From contig JBITNC010000002.1 in NCBI GenBank assembly GCA_050084985.1, positions 5,332,001 through 5,396,000 on the forward strand: 64,000 nt of DNA, written 5' to 3'. Within the stretch, counting starts at the first letter, position 1. Every line of letters begins with the position of its first letter. The notes under the pieces were generated by a model. It searched no databases, had not been told where the DNA came from, and was given only the letters and a program-made list of their open reading frames with translations. Both the position numbers and the translations under genes were made by a program. This DNA is from Nageia nagi. Lineage: Eukaryota > Plantae > Pinophyta. Shown piece after piece: positions 62,204 through 64,000 of the stretch.

Positions 62204-64000
62204 AGAAAGAAACAAAGAAAATATATTAATGTCCTCGGGTGACCAAAAGCAATCAATGGGACTATCAAGTACAATCCAACTCATAAAGTCAACAAAGCCC
62301 AAACTAAGACGCATCTAGAGAAAAACCTAAAACATAGAAACAAACAACCATAAAAAGCTCCACACCGTAAGAGGGGGATGATACACAATCTAGTATAATC
62401 AACGAGAGGTCGTCCTAGGTGTCCCAAAAGGGAGACTATGGCATTACTGTTTGCTCTGGGGAGGGATCATGCTGGTCTCCGTGGGGTGTATTTGTGGAAG
62501 TGCTAGTGGTTGGAAAGAAGGATGTGATTGGTCGCATCCTCACCAAGGCCTGGGTACTCTGGGTACGTCTCCTAGTCCAACGTGGTGGCTATGGAGGCTC
62601 ATCTCGATTTCTCCTAGGAGCCCCTTCAAGAGAAGGAGCCCGAAAAAAGGATGTAATGCGTAGAACCTCAGTCGTTAGTTGAGCACAAGCAAGAAGGCAT
62701 CTCCAAAGAAGGAAGGCCTCTTGCAAATAAAGAGCCAGGCAACGCTGGTCAGAACACTAGAGGAATGTAGCTAACAAGTTGCAAGAGTCTCAAAAGAGGC
62801 AATGGTATCGGCCTCGAATCTCATAGTAGATCGAGCACCAGAAGACAAAATGATCCTTGGACTCAATCTCAAGGAAGCAAAGGTGACAAACTCATAGATC
62901 TTTGTCCATGTGCTGATCTGTCTCTACTCTCAGTTGGTGGAAGCAAACGAAACTATTCGAGCGCCATCCTCAACCCTAATGATAGATGTAAGTTGATGTA
63001 TCCCGGTGGGAGGATAAGTCCCATGTCTAATTGAAGGTAATGTCGATCATAGTAATCCAGCTTAGGTGACAATGGCCGAGTGGGAGACACCCAATTGGAC
63101 TGAATAAAAACCCTGTAAATAATCTCCCTGATCGTAATCAAAGAATCAGTTGGGTCATAGATGAATCCTCTAGTGGTAAAGGTAAGCTAACCAAAGAAAA
63201 ACCAAATCTCTAAAGCATCTTAGAGATCTCGGCAAACAAACAACGATGATATCCCTATGCATCCAAGGTGATCGAGGAAGCTAGAGCTCTCACCGGAAAC
63301 CTAGCTAAAGCTCCTCCATGGGCAGATAAACACTGGAGGTGACGGAGATAGAGGACTATGTACGCAAAGGCCCAGATTAGGAAGGGTTGGTAACTAAATT
63401 CCACAGGAATGATAAGGCGTGGAACTGTCCTCTTACTCTGAATGAAATGACATAGGAAAATGACCAAGATCCTACCTAGAGAGGTCCAATCCATTGCTTT
63501 CAAGCTGAAGCCCCAAATCTCAACCCCATACAAAGTTGCAGGTGTGACCAAGGATTGGAACAACTCTAGCTTAGATAGATGCATTGTCTCTCTAGGACAG
63601 ATACTACAACATAACCTCAATGGACCCTAGGTGATGATGTTGCCCACATGGAGAACCTGGGTCCAAAGAAAAGAACCCCAAGGCATGTGTAGGAGGTAGT
63701 CTCGATAGGACTATCACGAAAGTGAGTTGGGTCTGACCGAGCGTAGCCTTCGAAACATTAAAAGCCACCACCTTAGTCTTGCTAAGGTTCACTATAAGTT
63801 CCTGTCTAGCACTGAAAGCCTCTAAAGCATCAATCAAATCCTGAAGGCCCTCTACAATGTGGCAAAGCAACACAATATCGTCCACAAAGAGTAATATGGA
63901 TACCTGGCTACATGAATAAGGCAACTTGTCTCAAAACCAATTGTCTCAAAGATGACAACCTCTAGCTCATCGATGTAAAGGCTAAATAAAGTGTTAAGAG
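62204..64000 (-). mobile_element. RTE/RTEX-like LINE (copy C), runs off the window
   Basis: TTTC-rich tail at 62204-62221; LFSLYIDEL..LLFVDDIVLL..VNLSKTKV; LYGVEIWG..MDWTS; SHQLRVET. Confidence 0.85.

Noticed and set aside
50745-64000. Upstream NTMC2T5 exons (SMP domain, ELSVTLVDA motif)
   Set aside because: Searched by eye and not found; they are presumed to lie beyond the window.

Overview
AT-rich, CpG-depleted plant nuclear DNA. The TE families and very long TE-filled introns suggest a gymnosperm, but this is inference. One real host gene is visible on the minus strand: the 3' part of an SMP/C2-domain gene of the NTMC2T5 (tricalbin-3-like) family. Its four coding exons are 50635-50744, 50391-50489, 36600-37041 and 22334-22422, separated by introns of 145 bp, 13.3 kb and 14.2 kb, with a further >13 kb intron running off the right end. 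Most of the rest is nested transposons: a young, nearly intact CRM-clade Ty3/gypsy element (41503-47315) inside an older RT-deleted Reina-like element; a full-length decayed hAT transposon (31404-35063); three copies of an RTE/RTEX-like LINE with (TTTC)n tails; an ORF1-only L1-like element; a gag-protease-only LTR element with a 30-bp repeat array in place of pol; a two-LTR element with a 0.43-kb interior; and several solo LTRs, one carrying a promoter-preceded 123-aa ORF. I found no rRNA, tRNA or CRISPR features. Nothing here proves a new biological system. The best candidates for novelty are the LTR-encoded ORF, the ORF1-only LINE, the RTEX-like LINE family and the gag-protease-only element.
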